DNA of 64,000 nucleotides, from assembly GCA_963662465.1 (NCBI GenBank), contig OY759599.1, forward strand, positions 1,920,001-1,984,000, read 5' to 3'. Both the position numbers and the translations under genes were made by a program. How positions within the stretch are numbered: position 1 is the first letter of the stretch; each line of letters opens with the position of its first letter. This document shows, one piece after another, positions 38,736-48,733 of this stretch. This DNA comes from Desulfatiglandales bacterium (GTDB lineage: Bacteria; Desulfobacterota; DSM-4660; Desulfatiglandales; Desulfatiglandaceae). The notes under the pieces were generated by a model. It was not told where the DNA came from and did not search any database. It saw nothing but the letters and a program-made list of their open reading frames with translations.

Positions 38736-39108
38736 GCATGATACGAAGGATGCGGCCAATGTAGCGGATTTGGTTTCCCAAGGCAAATATCTGTTTTACG
38801 AATATCCGATCATGCCGCTTCGCGAACTGCGAAATCTGCTGTCTTTTAAACGTCGGCTGAAAAAACAGGAACATGGGACCAGAGTACGAATTCGGAATCA
38901 TTTGCTTGCTCAGTATTTTCCTGAATTGGATACTTATTTTTCCCGGATATCAGGCTGTAGCCTTAGCGTTGTGAAATGGTGTCTGGAACCTTCTTTGATT
39001 GCAGGACTGGAGTACGAAGAGTTCCTTAGGTTGGTCGCACCCGGTAAACGTACGGTAAGACAACTGGAGTACGTGAAGCAGATTTGGGAAAAGGCATTTG
39101 AATCCATC
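38731..39108 (+). mobile_element. Internal fragment of an IS110-family transposase
   Basis: DKHDTKDAANVADLV (KxDxxDA), LRELRNLL, LAQYFPEL; no start, ends or C-terminal domain. Confidence 0.7.
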
Positions 39109-39377
39109 CTGAGAAGGCATTGTCCCTGTGCGAAGAACGCACCGACCACATCCACCTGCTCATCACGGATGTGGTGATGCCGGAGATGGATGGCGGTCAG
39201 TTAACGGAACGGGTTAAGAAACGGATGCCGGGGGTCAAAGTTCTCTATATGTCGGGATATACAGAGGACGTCATCGCGCAAAAGGGTGTGCTTTATAAAG
39301 GGGTCCGGTTCCTTCAAAAACCCTTCTCCCGGGAAGCATTGCTCAGGAAGGTTCGTGAGGTATTGGATGAGAAATGA
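39106..39377 (+). pseudogene. C-terminal receiver-domain fragment of a hybrid kinase
   Basis: HLLITDVVMPEMDG, VLYMSGYT, FLQKPF, KVREVLD; N-terminal DD strand missing. Confidence 0.75.
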
Positions 39378-39402
39378 ACCGCCGTTCCGGGATAATGTAT
39401 TC

Positions 39403-39606
39403 GTAACCGTTCACAGGGTGCAGGGTGTAGTTGTCAGGGGGCCGAATGAGATTGGAAGATTTTATATGTATGGAAAAGAGGCCCACGATTGAGTCCAATA
39501 TCCACAAACAATCAGATCAAACATGCCGATTGTCTCAATTTGATAGATGTCAAGTGCTTGAGAAAGAATTAGCGCTGATTTTTCTGCACCCTGACAACTG
39601 CACCCT
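39403..39606. repeat. Family C element with inverted AGGGTGC/GTTGTCA arms
   Basis: gtaaccgttcacagggtgcagggtgtagttgtcagggg (39403-39440) vs ctgcaccctgacaactgcaccct (39584-39606). Confidence 0.7.
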
Positions 39607-39679
39607 CTTAATCCCGGAAGACCTCTACCCGGTCCCTTTTGATGTATATTTTAGACATACATTAACCAGTGATGCAAAT

Positions 39680-42118
39680 TCAAGGGGTTTTTCCATTGCA
39701 CGGTAGAACAGGGCATGGCGCCGATTGAACGTTGGATTTTAAAGATTGAAAAACCACCACCCGGTTGCGCCCCGCTTCCTTGGCCCGGTACAGGGCTTCA
39801 TCAGCCTGGTCGATGATCTTTCGAGCGGAACCTTTTTCGCCCGGCACGTCCTGACTGACCCCCAGACTGATGGTGAACCGAATGGGGCCGGTCCTCCATG
39901 GGACCCGGGCCCCTTCCACCATCCGACGCAACCGTTCGCAGGCGGCGCGTCCCCCCTCCAGCGACGTCTCCGGCAGAATCACCGCAAACTCCTCCCCCCC
40001 GTATCGGCAGGCCACATCGGTCTGCCGGGACCATTGTCTGATAATCCTTCCCATATCCGCCAGAACCGCATCGCCGGCCGAGTGTCCCAGCGTATCATTG
40101 ATCCGCTTAAAAAAATCCAGGTCGATCATGGATAACGCCAGATCCGTACCATGCCGCTCGGCCCGCGCCCTTTCACTCTCAAGGGCTTCCATGAAATACC
40201 GGCGATTGAACAGACCGGTCAGTTCATCTCGAGTGGCCATTTCCGAGATCTTTCTTCGGGCCATGTGGATTTCTCTTTTGAGGCTCGCCTTTTCCATCAC
40301 ATTTCGAATGCAGCAGGAAACGGTTTCCGAATCAAAACGCGTTTTGGTCAGGTAATCATCAGCCCCTTCCTGAATCAGACGGGCGGCGATCATTTCATCT
40401 CCCTGCCCGGTTAACAGCACCACCGGAATTTCATAACCGGCTTCTTTCATGGCCCGCAAAAAATCAAAGCCATTCCCGTCCGGCAACTGATAATCCAGTA
40501 GCACCAGCGACGGCGATTTCTCCTGAAGACAGCGAAGCCCTTGTTCAATATTTCCGGCATGACGCAATTCAATGCCACCCACACGCTTTAAAACCGATTG
40601 AATGGTCTCAAAATCCTCAAGGGAATCCTCAATGGAAAGAACATGAATTTTCTGATCAATATTCACGATCCTGCCGCTGGACCCGTAGGGCTTGGTTTCA
40701 TACTGTCGAATGTTTTGAATTTTTTTGATGGTATCGGCAATTCTTCTGCCGGCCTCTTCAATTTCTTTCATGCAAAGGGCCAGTTCTTTCGGATCATCCT
40801 CTGCGTCCTTCATCAAATCAATATTTCCCAACAGTATGGACAGGGGCTGGTTCAGTTCGTGGGCCGTGGCCCCCGACATTTGAAGCAGAACCTTGAGACG
40901 TTCCTCTTCAATCAGTGCTTCCTGTTGTTCCAGAATTTTCCGGTTGGCGCTTTTGAGCTTCTCTTCCATCCGCTTTCGTGCCGTAATATCCCGAATGGAG
41001 GCCAGACAGACCTTCTTTCCCTCCCACTCAATTTCAACGCTTCGCATCTCCCCAACCTTCAGGGTTCCATCCCGACTCAGAATATCCAGCTCCGAGGTTT
41101 CCCCGGCAAGCAGTGGAAAGCCAAAGGATGAACCGATGAATGATCCCGAATCCCGACCGAACATTTTTTCAGCCGCCGGATTGATGATCCGCACAATCCC
41201 TTCATCATCCGCAAGAATCAAAGCGTCACTAAACTGATTAATGATTCCCCAAAGCCTTTCTTCACCGGCCTTGAGGTTTTCGGATTCACTTTTACGCCGG
41301 GTAACATCGGTTACGATAAAAGTGACATTGCCCTTGTCGGCGGCATGTGGAAGGGTTTCCATGGCAAGGAAACGATCGTTCAGGATAATGGGATCATCAT
41401 AGGGGATAGCAACGGAGGCCTGCGCGTTCATTTCCATCATGAGTCGCATAATGCGCAACCGATCTTTTTCGTTAAAAAGAGCCGGAAACGGGGCGCCCAG
41501 CAATTCCGAATCGTTCTTCCTGAAGAACGAGCAGGCCGCGTCATTCACGTAAAGGATTCGACCCTCCGGGCTCAGTTCCACAATGCCCTGGCTCATGTTA
41601 TCCAGGATCAAGCGGGTCTGTTTTTTTGAACAGAGCAACTCAGCCGTCATTTTCCGCGGGAAAACATGCGCCGTCCCGATAATCTCCCCTGAACGACATC
41701 GGTCGCTGACACCTTCAGGATCACGCAAAACTTCCTGAATGTAATCGACCATTTTCGAAACCGGGCCTTTGGCAATCAATGCATCGGCGCCCAATTCGTC
41801 CATGTCGGGTCGTTCCTCCACGAGCATTCCTGAAAAAACGGCGATATAAACGGACTGCAGTTCTTTTTTCCCTCGGATGGCCCGGCAAAGGTTTTTACCG
41901 TCCATATCGGGAAGAACCATGTCCAAAAATATAATATGGGGACGGTGAAAATGCAGCACATCCAAAGCCGAGAGACCATCCTGAACCGTCAGGACTTCAT
42001 ACCCGGCATCGGAAAGGGTCCGCTCCATGAACTCACGAATGACGGGATCATCATCCACCACCAGGACCTTTCTGAGGGCATGGCTCATTTCCCACGCTTT
42101 CTCTTTCACGGCGTTCAT
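39680..42118 (-). CDS. Diguanylate cyclase (REC-PAS-PAS-HisKA-like-REC-GGDEF)
   Basis: DELTGLFNRR, DLDFFKRIND, RQTD I-site, RYGGEEF; internal AHELNQP. Confidence 0.92.
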   Translation of the reverse strand: MNAVKEKAWEMSHALRKVLVVDDDPVIREFMERTLSDAGYEVLTVQDGLSALDVLHFHRPHIIFLDMVLPDMDGKNLCRAIRGKKELQSVYIAVFSGMLVEERPDMDELGADALIAKGPVSKMVDYIQEVLRDPEGVSDRCRSGEIIGTAHVFPRKMTAELLCSKKQTRLILDNMSQGIVELSPEGRILYVNDAACSFFRKNDSELLGAPFPALFNEKDRLRIMRLMMEMNAQASVAIPYDDPIILNDRFLAMETLPHAADKGNVTFIVTDVTRRKSESENLKAGEERLWGIINQFSDALILADDEGIVRIINPAAEKMFGRDSGSFIGSSFGFPLLAGETSELDILSRDGTLKVGEMRSVEIEWEGKKVCLASIRDITARKRMEEKLKSANRKILEQQEALIEEERLKVLLQMSGATAHELNQPLSILLGNIDLMKDAEDDPKELALCMKEIEEAGRRIADTIKKIQNIRQYETKPYGSSGRIVNIDQKIHVLSIEDSLEDFETIQSVLKRVGGIELRHAGNIEQGLRCLQEKSPSLVLLDYQLPDGNGFDFLRAMKEAGYEIPVVLLTGQGDEMIAARLIQEGADDYLTKTRFDSETVSCCIRNVMEKASLKREIHMARRKISEMATRDELTGLFNRRYFMEALESERARAERHGTDLALSMIDLDFFKRINDTLGHSAGDAVLADMGRIIRQWSRQTDVACRYGGEEFAVILPETSLEGGRAACERLRRMVEGARVPWRTGPIRFTISLGVSQDVPGEKGSARKIIDQADEALYRAKEAGRNRVVVFQSLKSNVQSAPCPVLPCNGKTP

Positions 42119-42399
42119 GAATTTTTACCCCTCAAGTTCAGCAAATCAAATACCCTTTTGCCATCGGAAAGATCGCCGATAAGGCGCCGCATGGGTGGGG
42201 GGGTCAGCAAAATCAGGGTAGGCGTCGCCATGACGTTGGCCTCCTCAGCCGATTGGGGATCTTTGAGTACATCAATAATCTCCAGAGTCCCCTGCCCCTT
42301 CAAACGCTCGTCAAAAATCGTCGTCACCCCATCGATGGCCTTTTTGGATCTCAGCGTATCCCCAGCCACGTATAATTTCATGAATACGTTGTTTTCCAT
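42115..42399 (-). CDS. kaiB: KaiB family protein (divergent)
   Basis: KLYVAG, IDVLKDPQSAE, ATPTL..PPPMRRLIGDLSD; ATGA overlap with the DGC gene. Confidence 0.9.
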   Translation of the reverse strand: MENNVFMKLYVAGDTLRSKKAIDGVTTIFDERLKGQGTLEIIDVLKDPQSAEEANVMATPTLILLTPPPMRRLIGDLSDGKRVFDLLNLRGKNS

Positions 42400-42517
42400 G
42401 AATCCTCATCTTTCATCTTTGGAAACAATCTTTTGCCTCGAAAAACAGCCCTTTCCGGAACCCCATTAAAGCATAAGGCGCATACGGTGTAAACATATCA
42501 CTTCATAAAAATATCTT

Positions 42518-44812
42518 CTACGTGAGTTTATACTGAGCAACAATCTCCTTGATTTCTTCCGCCAGCTCGTTGAGGCCGGCAGCGGCTTTTTCGGACTGCT
42601 GGGTGCCGGCCTCAGTCTGGGCGGCGGCCTGGTCGATGCTTTCCATGGCGGAAGCCACCTGGTCCATACCTGCCAGTTGCTGGCGCGTACTGGCGGAAAT
42701 TTGCTGGGCCGCCGCCGCTACCTTCTCAATACGGGTCGTGATGGTTTCAATGGCTTCCCCGGTGGTGCGGGCCAATTGCTGCCCCGCCTCAGCTCGCCGG
42801 GTCCCCTCTTCGGTCACCATCACAGCCGTGTTGGCAGCTTTCTGAATCTCGCCTAAAATCTCTCTCACCTTGGCCGTGGCCTGACGGGACTTCTCCGCCA
42901 AACCGCGGACCTCGCCCGCCACCACGGCAAACCCTTTGCCTGCTTCACCGGCCCGGGCCGCTTCGATGGCCGCATTCAAGGCCAGCAAGTTTGATTGATC
43001 GGCAATGTCATTGACCGTGGCGTTAATATCTCCGATCTGCAGGGTCTGCTCGCTCAGGGTCAGAATGGTTTCGGCAATATGAGCTACCTGCGCTTTAATA
43101 TTGTCCATGCTCACCACGGTTTCCGCCACGGCCTGAAGCCCTTGTTTCGAAGCGGCAGTGGATTCCTGGGCCATTTGCGACACCATTTGCACTCGCTCAT
43201 GGGATTGTTCCGCTGTCTGTCGCACTTCCTGCACCGTGGTGGAGGTCTCATTGACAGCTGCGGCCTGCTGGCTGGTGGTGGCGGCCTGTTGGCTGGTGGT
43301 GGCCAGGATCTCAGTGGCGGCCGACGAGATATTGGCGGTGGCTTCCCACATTCGGGTGGCCAGACTGCGAAGACCGCCGGTCATGACGTTCAGATTCTTT
43401 GCCAGAATGCTTAAATCCCCGTCGCCGACCACGGCAACCTGGCCGGTCAAATCGCCCTGACCCACTTTTTCCACAAAAGCCACATAGGCACTGACTGTAT
43501 CCTCCAGATCGGCTTTCACCTGTTGCTCCTGATCGGCTTTCCGCGCCAGATCTTCCATGGATATTTTCAAGTTTTGAACCATGCCGTTAAAGGCGTCCGC
43601 CAGAATACCCACTTCATCCCGGGTTTTTACACGGGCCTCCACATCCAGATTTCCGGCTTTCACGGCCCGGGCCGTTTCGGTGATTTGGCGAATCGGTCGT
43701 GAAAGGGTGGCGGCAATCCAAAAAACGCACAGGGCTACGATCAGGGCTACGCCGCCTCCGATCATCCAGGTCATGTTCCGCAAATTTCGAGCAAGGGCAA
43801 AGGCCTTGGCTTCAGCTACCTCCGCAATAACAGCCCATTGGATGCCCTCTATGTTCACGGGCGCATAGGAAGAAAGCACCTTTACACCGCGATAATCCGT
43901 AATGAGACGGGTTCCGGTTTCCCCTGCAAGGGCTTTTCGGGAAGCAACCGTGTCCACGCCGTTTTTTGATACAGCGCTGGACAGAGATGCCTTAACCGAG
44001 TGGGTTTCAGGGCTCAAACGCGAATCCGACCGCATTCGCTTGTCCGATCCCACCAGATAAATTTCCAGACCTTCTTTGGCTTGGTCTCCATCGCTTACAA
44101 TGCTGTTCAGGAGAGCGAAAGGAAGCTGATAGACCAGAGCGCCGGTGCGGACCGGGCCGTTAAAAACAGGGGCGCCGGCGAACATGACCGGCTCGCCGTC
44201 CATCAAACCCACATCCACGAAACAGACATCCCCCTCCTTGGCGGATTTCAACCGGCGGCAGAGCGCTCCCAAATTGGTTTCCTTTAAAGGCCCGGATAGG
44301 AGGTTAACGCCGAAAAGCCTGCCCTTGTTACTGCTGTAAATCACATCACCCTCATTGTTCAACATGAGGATGTCGGCAATGCCCAGGAGTTGCTTATGTT
44401 CGGGGAGGGATGCATGCTGCTCCTGGTGAACCGTGCTGTAAGCACTGCCGTCCATGGCGTCCAGAAGCTTCGGCTTATCCAGGTAGAGGGAACGAATATT
44501 TTCAGACCCCAGAAATCGAAATCCATTGGCCAAGTCTCCCATATCATAAACGATGGCGGGTTTCTTGGCCATTTCCAGGAGATCGATTTTCCAACGGTTC
44601 CAAACCCGCAAAATTCGGTTTTTTTTAAGGGCCGTATCATCAGCCAATTGAATAAAGGCTTCCTGGCGCAGCGCTTTTTGCGCTTCCCCATAAAGCATCA
44701 CCCCCAGGGCCGCCAGCGGCGTCAGCGCAAACAGTAAAAACCAGAAGAGCAATTTACCTTGAATGCTTCGAAAAAAGCGCAGAGATGCGGCAGGTTTTTC
44801 CTGTTTTATCAT
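42518..44812 (-). CDS. Methyl-accepting chemotaxis protein (Cache-HAMP-MCP)
   Basis: Two TM segments, [34 protein letters not shown]. Confidence 0.95.
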   Translation of the reverse strand: MIKQEKPAASLRFFRSIQGKLLFWFLLFALTPLAALGVMLYGEAQKALRQEAFIQLADDTALKKNRILRVWNRWKIDLLEMAKKPAIVYDMGDLANGFRFLGSENIRSLYLDKPKLLDAMDGSAYSTVHQEQHASLPEHKQLLGIADILMLNNEGDVIYSSNKGRLFGVNLLSGPLKETNLGALCRRLKSAKEGDVCFVDVGLMDGEPVMFAGAPVFNGPVRTGALVYQLPFALLNSIVSDGDQAKEGLEIYLVGSDKRMRSDSRLSPETHSVKASLSSAVSKNGVDTVASRKALAGETGTRLITDYRGVKVLSSYAPVNIEGIQWAVIAEVAEAKAFALARNLRNMTWMIGGGVALIVALCVFWIAATLSRPIRQITETARAVKAGNLDVEARVKTRDEVGILADAFNGMVQNLKISMEDLARKADQEQQVKADLEDTVSAYVAFVEKVGQGDLTGQVAVVGDGDLSILAKNLNVMTGGLRSLATRMWEATANISSAATEILATTSQQAATTSQQAAAVNETSTTVQEVRQTAEQSHERVQMVSQMAQESTAASKQGLQAVAETVVSMDNIKAQVAHIAETILTLSEQTLQIGDINATVNDIADQSNLLALNAAIEAARAGEAGKGFAVVAGEVRGLAEKSRQATAKVREILGEIQKAANTAVMVTEEGTRRAEAGQQLARTTGEAIETITTRIEKVAAAAQQISASTRQQLAGMDQVASAMESIDQAAAQTEAGTQQSEKAAAGLNELAEEIKEIVAQYKLT

Positions 44813-44841
44813 AGTCCTTCCTCCCAAACGATGAGATGCTT

Positions 44842-46037
44842 TTAATAGGAGGGGCGCCATCTGCCATCCTTGACCTGCATAACGTGAATGGTCTGAATGC
44901 CGTCCCCTTTTTTGTCAAAGGCCATCATGCCGGCCGTGCCCCGCCACATTTTCATCTGGGCCAGGCCGTCTCGAATTTTTTGCGGTTTTCCTGCAACTGT
45001 TCAGGATCATTGTTGATGCCTTTGCGCTTCATGATATTCACCAAAAATAGAAGGATATCATGCACCACCACGCTATACTGTTCCGGTCGGCATCCCATAT
45101 CCGGATACTTTGCCTCGCATCGTTTTGTAAATTCCTTTTTGAATGCAACCACCTTCGGCCTTGGATCATCCGGATTAAAAACGCTGCCGGTCCAGAATCC
45201 CTCCGCATCTTCACCGGCGATTTCAATAATCGCTTGCGACGACATGGCATTGGCGCCTAGAATGGGCTGTTTTATTCCCTGTTTTCGAATCGCCTTGAGA
45301 ATCAGCCCCCCTTCTTTGGGGAGGGCCGCAATGCAGATGCCGTCCGGATTGTATTGTTTGAGCTGAAGTGCCTGTTGCGTAAAATCCGTGTCTCCGGTTG
45401 AAAAACAGGTGGGGTTGTTCCGGTTGAGAATTTGAACATTTAATTCCCTGAAAATTTCAGGCCAGACTGTTTTACCCACAACGGCGGTGTAGACGTTTTC
45501 CGAATCATAGATCAGGGCCACACTTTTAATTTGATGCGCCTTAACCCAGGCCTTCGCCATAACATTTTCAATATTTTCGGCGCTGACAGTCATTCGAAAG
45601 GCATAGGGGAATTTTTTGAGGTCGCTCAGTCCAGGCTTGGCCGATGCAGTGGCAATGATAACCACCTTTTCCCGGTTGGTTGCCGGTCGAAGGGGTTCAA
45701 AGCAATGGCTGAACAATGGGCCGATGACCGCCAGCACGTGATCATCTTCCGCCAGTTTACGGTAGTTTTCCAGGGTCTGGGCGGCATCGCTTCCCGTATC
45801 ATAGAGAATTATCTCCACCGGCGTTCCATTGATCCCGCCCCGGCGGTTGATTTTTTCCACGGCCATTTCTATCCCCACAGCCTCTTTCTTTCCCCATCCC
45901 GGATTGAGACCGGTCATGGGGGCCAGCAATCCAACCTTCAAGGAACCCGAATCCGCCCATAAGAGAGGCAATCCCGCTCCAAAGATGCAAATTGCCAGAA
46001 GGCCTTCAAAAATTATTTTTTTCCATACCCATTTCAT
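44842..46037 (-). CDS. Branched-chain-amino-acid-type periplasmic binding protein with a 1-nt frameshift near the 3' end
   Basis: Signal peptide, [19 protein letters not shown]; adding one A to the A6 run (44976-44981) gives [28 protein letters not shown] to TAA 44842. Confidence 0.8.
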
Positions 46038-46434
46038 TTTCCCGCCCCCCCTCAATCATCATGGGGCCTTCCAAAGCCCCTTTACACACCATGAGAATCG
46101 TATCCCCGTCCACCGGCTTGTTGAGCAGCTCGAATTCCGTTCCTTTTTGTGCCATAATTGACAGTTCCTCGAAAAATTCACCATAAAACGCCGTCACAAT
46201 GTATACCAGCATCTCTTGATCCAGTTTCCGGATTTCACTTAAAGTTTCCACCCCCGACATACCGGGCATTTTCAAATCCAGAAAGACCAGATCGTATGAT
46301 TCCGACGCGATCATTTCAAGGCCTTTTTTGCCGGACGAAGCCGTATCCACAAGGTAGCCGCTGTCCTCCAGCGCCAACTCAAAAGATCTGCGTATTGCAG
46401 CCTCATCGTCGATCACAATGATTCGTTTTGCCAT
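46006..46434 (-). CDS. Single-domain response regulator
   Basis: IIVIDDE, FLDLKMPG, VTAF; paralog of 34549-34932. Confidence 0.9.
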   Translation of the reverse strand: MAKRIIVIDDEAAIRRSFELALEDSGYLVDTASSGKKGLEMIASESYDLVFLDLKMPGMSGVETLSEIRKLDQEMLVYIVTAFYGEFFEELSIMAQKGTEFELLNKPVDGDTILMVCKGALEGPMMIEGGRENEMGMEKNNF

Positions 46435-46476
46435 TATTGCCTCCACCCTCTTGAAAAACCAAATCCGACAAACTTA

Positions 46477-48309
46477 TTATACGGGCAGCCGCACTGTAAA
46501 AACGCTGCCCTTTCCCGGTTCACTGCGACATTCAATGTGCCCCCCGCGCTTTTCCACAATACCGCGGCTCACGGACAATCCCAGGCCGGTTCCTTTTCCA
46601 ACGGGCTTGGTCGTGTAAAAAGGGTCAAATATCTTCTCTTTAATGTCTTTGGGGATGCCGCATCCCGTGTCTGCCACGCGAACCTTGACATAGCCGTTCG
46701 GGTCGTGCGCAATGTAAATATCGATTTTTCTGGTATCCTTTTCTCTCACCGCATCCAGCGCATTACTGATGAGATTCAGAAAAATCTGTTGAATATTGCT
46801 CGCATTCACTGAAATTTCAGGGCAATTTTCCGCCGTTTTCATGCTAAACGAAACGCCTTCCTTTACAAGACGGTAGGAAAGCAATTTGTGCACCCGTTCA
46901 ATGATATTTTCACAGGAAATTACCTCACGGCTTTCCTCGCTTTGCGCTTCTATGCGGGAGAAGGTTTGGAGATTTTTGACAATCTCAATGCACCGGCGAG
47001 TCTCCCGTTCCATATCGTCCAGAACCGAATACACTTTGTTTTTCCCGTCCACATGTTTTTTGCAGTATTGGGCAAAATTGAGCATGCCCATCATGGGATT
47101 GTTGAGTTCATGGGCAATGCCGGCGGTCAGCGTTCCCAGGGCGCCCAGTTTTTCCGCTTGAATCAACTGGGCCTGGGACTCCCGTAAAGCCGTGGTGCGC
47201 TCCTCCACCCGCTTTTCCAGATTGTCGTGAGCGGCTTTCAGGTCCCTTTCCATCTGTTTACGCACGGAAATATCCCGAATCACTCCCACGGTTCCCATGA
47301 ATTCCTTCTGCTTCGCCTCCGGATTGACCTCCCACATGCCGGAGCTGTTCACCTCCATAATCACATATTCCCGGGTCAGGGGTTCGATGAAGCCCGGCTC
47401 AACGCTTGCCGCATTCAGCGGCACCAGACGAATCTCCAGTCCTTCGGTTTTCCGCGCCCCGGTCCGCTGTTCGTTAAACAGTTTCGGGGCCCCTTTATCG
47501 CTGGTTTTCCTGCCCTTCATTTTTTCCAGAACCGTTTCCCGGTCCACCTGGGCCGCATCCGACGGTAAAATGATTTGGCTGAAATGCCGACCGATCAAGT
47601 CCTCGGGCTTATAGCCCAACCGCTTGATGGCTTCGTTGACAAACGTAAATTTACCTTGAGAATCGATGCGATATACAATATCCGGAATGGTTTTCACGAG
47701 GCTTCGAAATCGATTTTCCGAAAGCCGTAATTCATAGACTCTCTCCGCTAATTTTTCATTGAGATCCCGGAGTTCTTCCTGAGCCTTCAACAGCTCCGTA
47801 TTGCGTAAAACCGCGTTTTCATAGGTGGAAAGGAGCAGATTCATGATCCGTGTGCTGGTGGAGAGTACTTTTCGTCGTTTGCCCCCTAAAACAATTTCCA
47901 GTTCCTCCCACTTCTCATTCCGGTTCAGCGCAGGGGGGTGATTGAGGATGTCTTCCACACGGGACAACAGGGAGGTTTCATCAAAGGGCTTCGTCAAATA
48001 GTAATCCGCTTTGGCTTCCAGTCCCTTAAGAATGTCCTTCGAGTCCGAAAGGGTGGTCAGCAGAATGATGGGAATATTTGCCAGTTCAGGATGATCCTTG
48101 ATTTCCCGACACATTTCGTAACCCGTCATTTTCGGCATGACCACATCGCTGATAATCAAATGGGGGTGCGTTTTCGTCGCCGCTTCCAGGCCCTGCCGTC
48201 CATCCCGGGCCACATGCACCTCATAGCCAACCTGTTCCAGCAAAAGCTTGAGATACATGGCCTGCGTGGGACTGTCCTCCACCACCAGGATACGATGATT
48301 ATTCGCCAT
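46477..48309 (-). CDS. REC-PAS histidine kinase
   Basis: REC ISDVVMP, PAS, AHELNNP, FDPFYTTK, GKGTGLGL. Confidence 0.92.
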   Translation of the reverse strand: MANNHRILVVEDSPTQAMYLKLLLEQVGYEVHVARDGRQGLEAATKTHPHLIISDVVMPKMTGYEMCREIKDHPELANIPIILLTTLSDSKDILKGLEAKADYYLTKPFDETSLLSRVEDILNHPPALNRNEKWEELEIVLGGKRRKVLSTSTRIMNLLLSTYENAVLRNTELLKAQEELRDLNEKLAERVYELRLSENRFRSLVKTIPDIVYRIDSQGKFTFVNEAIKRLGYKPEDLIGRHFSQIILPSDAAQVDRETVLEKMKGRKTSDKGAPKLFNEQRTGARKTEGLEIRLVPLNAASVEPGFIEPLTREYVIMEVNSSGMWEVNPEAKQKEFMGTVGVIRDISVRKQMERDLKAAHDNLEKRVEERTTALRESQAQLIQAEKLGALGTLTAGIAHELNNPMMGMLNFAQYCKKHVDGKNKVYSVLDDMERETRRCIEIVKNLQTFSRIEAQSEESREVISCENIIERVHKLLSYRLVKEGVSFSMKTAENCPEISVNASNIQQIFLNLISNALDAVREKDTRKIDIYIAHDPNGYVKVRVADTGCGIPKDIKEKIFDPFYTTKPVGKGTGLGLSVSRGIVEKRGGHIECRSEPGKGSVFTVRLPV

Positions 48310-48733
48310 GGCGTTCCCCCCGCAAGGTCGCCCTGGGCTGCACGTTAACCAGCATCTTGACCTTCGCCAGGAACTCGGTCTCCCATTTGGGCGGTTCAAA
48401 ACCAAAACCCTTCGGCTTGGCCATCACATCCAGCGCACCGGCCCGCATAGCCTCAAAGGCTATATTCATTTCCTGAAAGTTGCTTTTGGCGGTTATCACA
48501 ATAATGGGGATGGGATTTTCGGCCATGATCCGTCGTGTGGCCTCCAGGCCGTCCATAACCGGCATGGTCACATCCATGGTAATCAGGTCAGGTTTTAAGC
48601 CACGGGCCATGGCAACTGCCTCCCCGCCATTTTCCGCTTCACCCACCACCTCAATTTCCGGATCAGCGTTCAGAAGTTCCTTGAGTATCATTCGAATGGT
48701 GGCAGAATCATCCACAATCAATATGCGTATCAT
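48299..48733 (-). CDS. Stand-alone receiver of CheB-REC type
   Basis: IVDDSATIR, PDLITMDVTMPVMDGLEATRRIMAENPIPI. Confidence 0.85.
   Translation of the reverse strand: MIRILIVDDSATIRMILKELLNADPEIEVVGEAENGGEAVAMARGLKPDLITMDVTMPVMDGLEATRRIMAENPIPIIVITAKSNFQEMNIAFEAMRAGALDVMAKPKGFGFEPPKWETEFLAKVKMLVNVQPRATLRGERHGE

Noticed and set aside
38731..39108. Active IS110 or bridge-RNA element
   Set aside because: Only an internal transposase fragment; no ends or non-coding flank recognisable
27886..39108. Prophage suggested by the DUF867-like and Gp49-like genes
   Set aside because: No integrase, terminase or structural genes
34977..42399. A circadian clock locus
   Set aside because: No kaiA or kaiC in the window; KaiB alone does not imply oscillation
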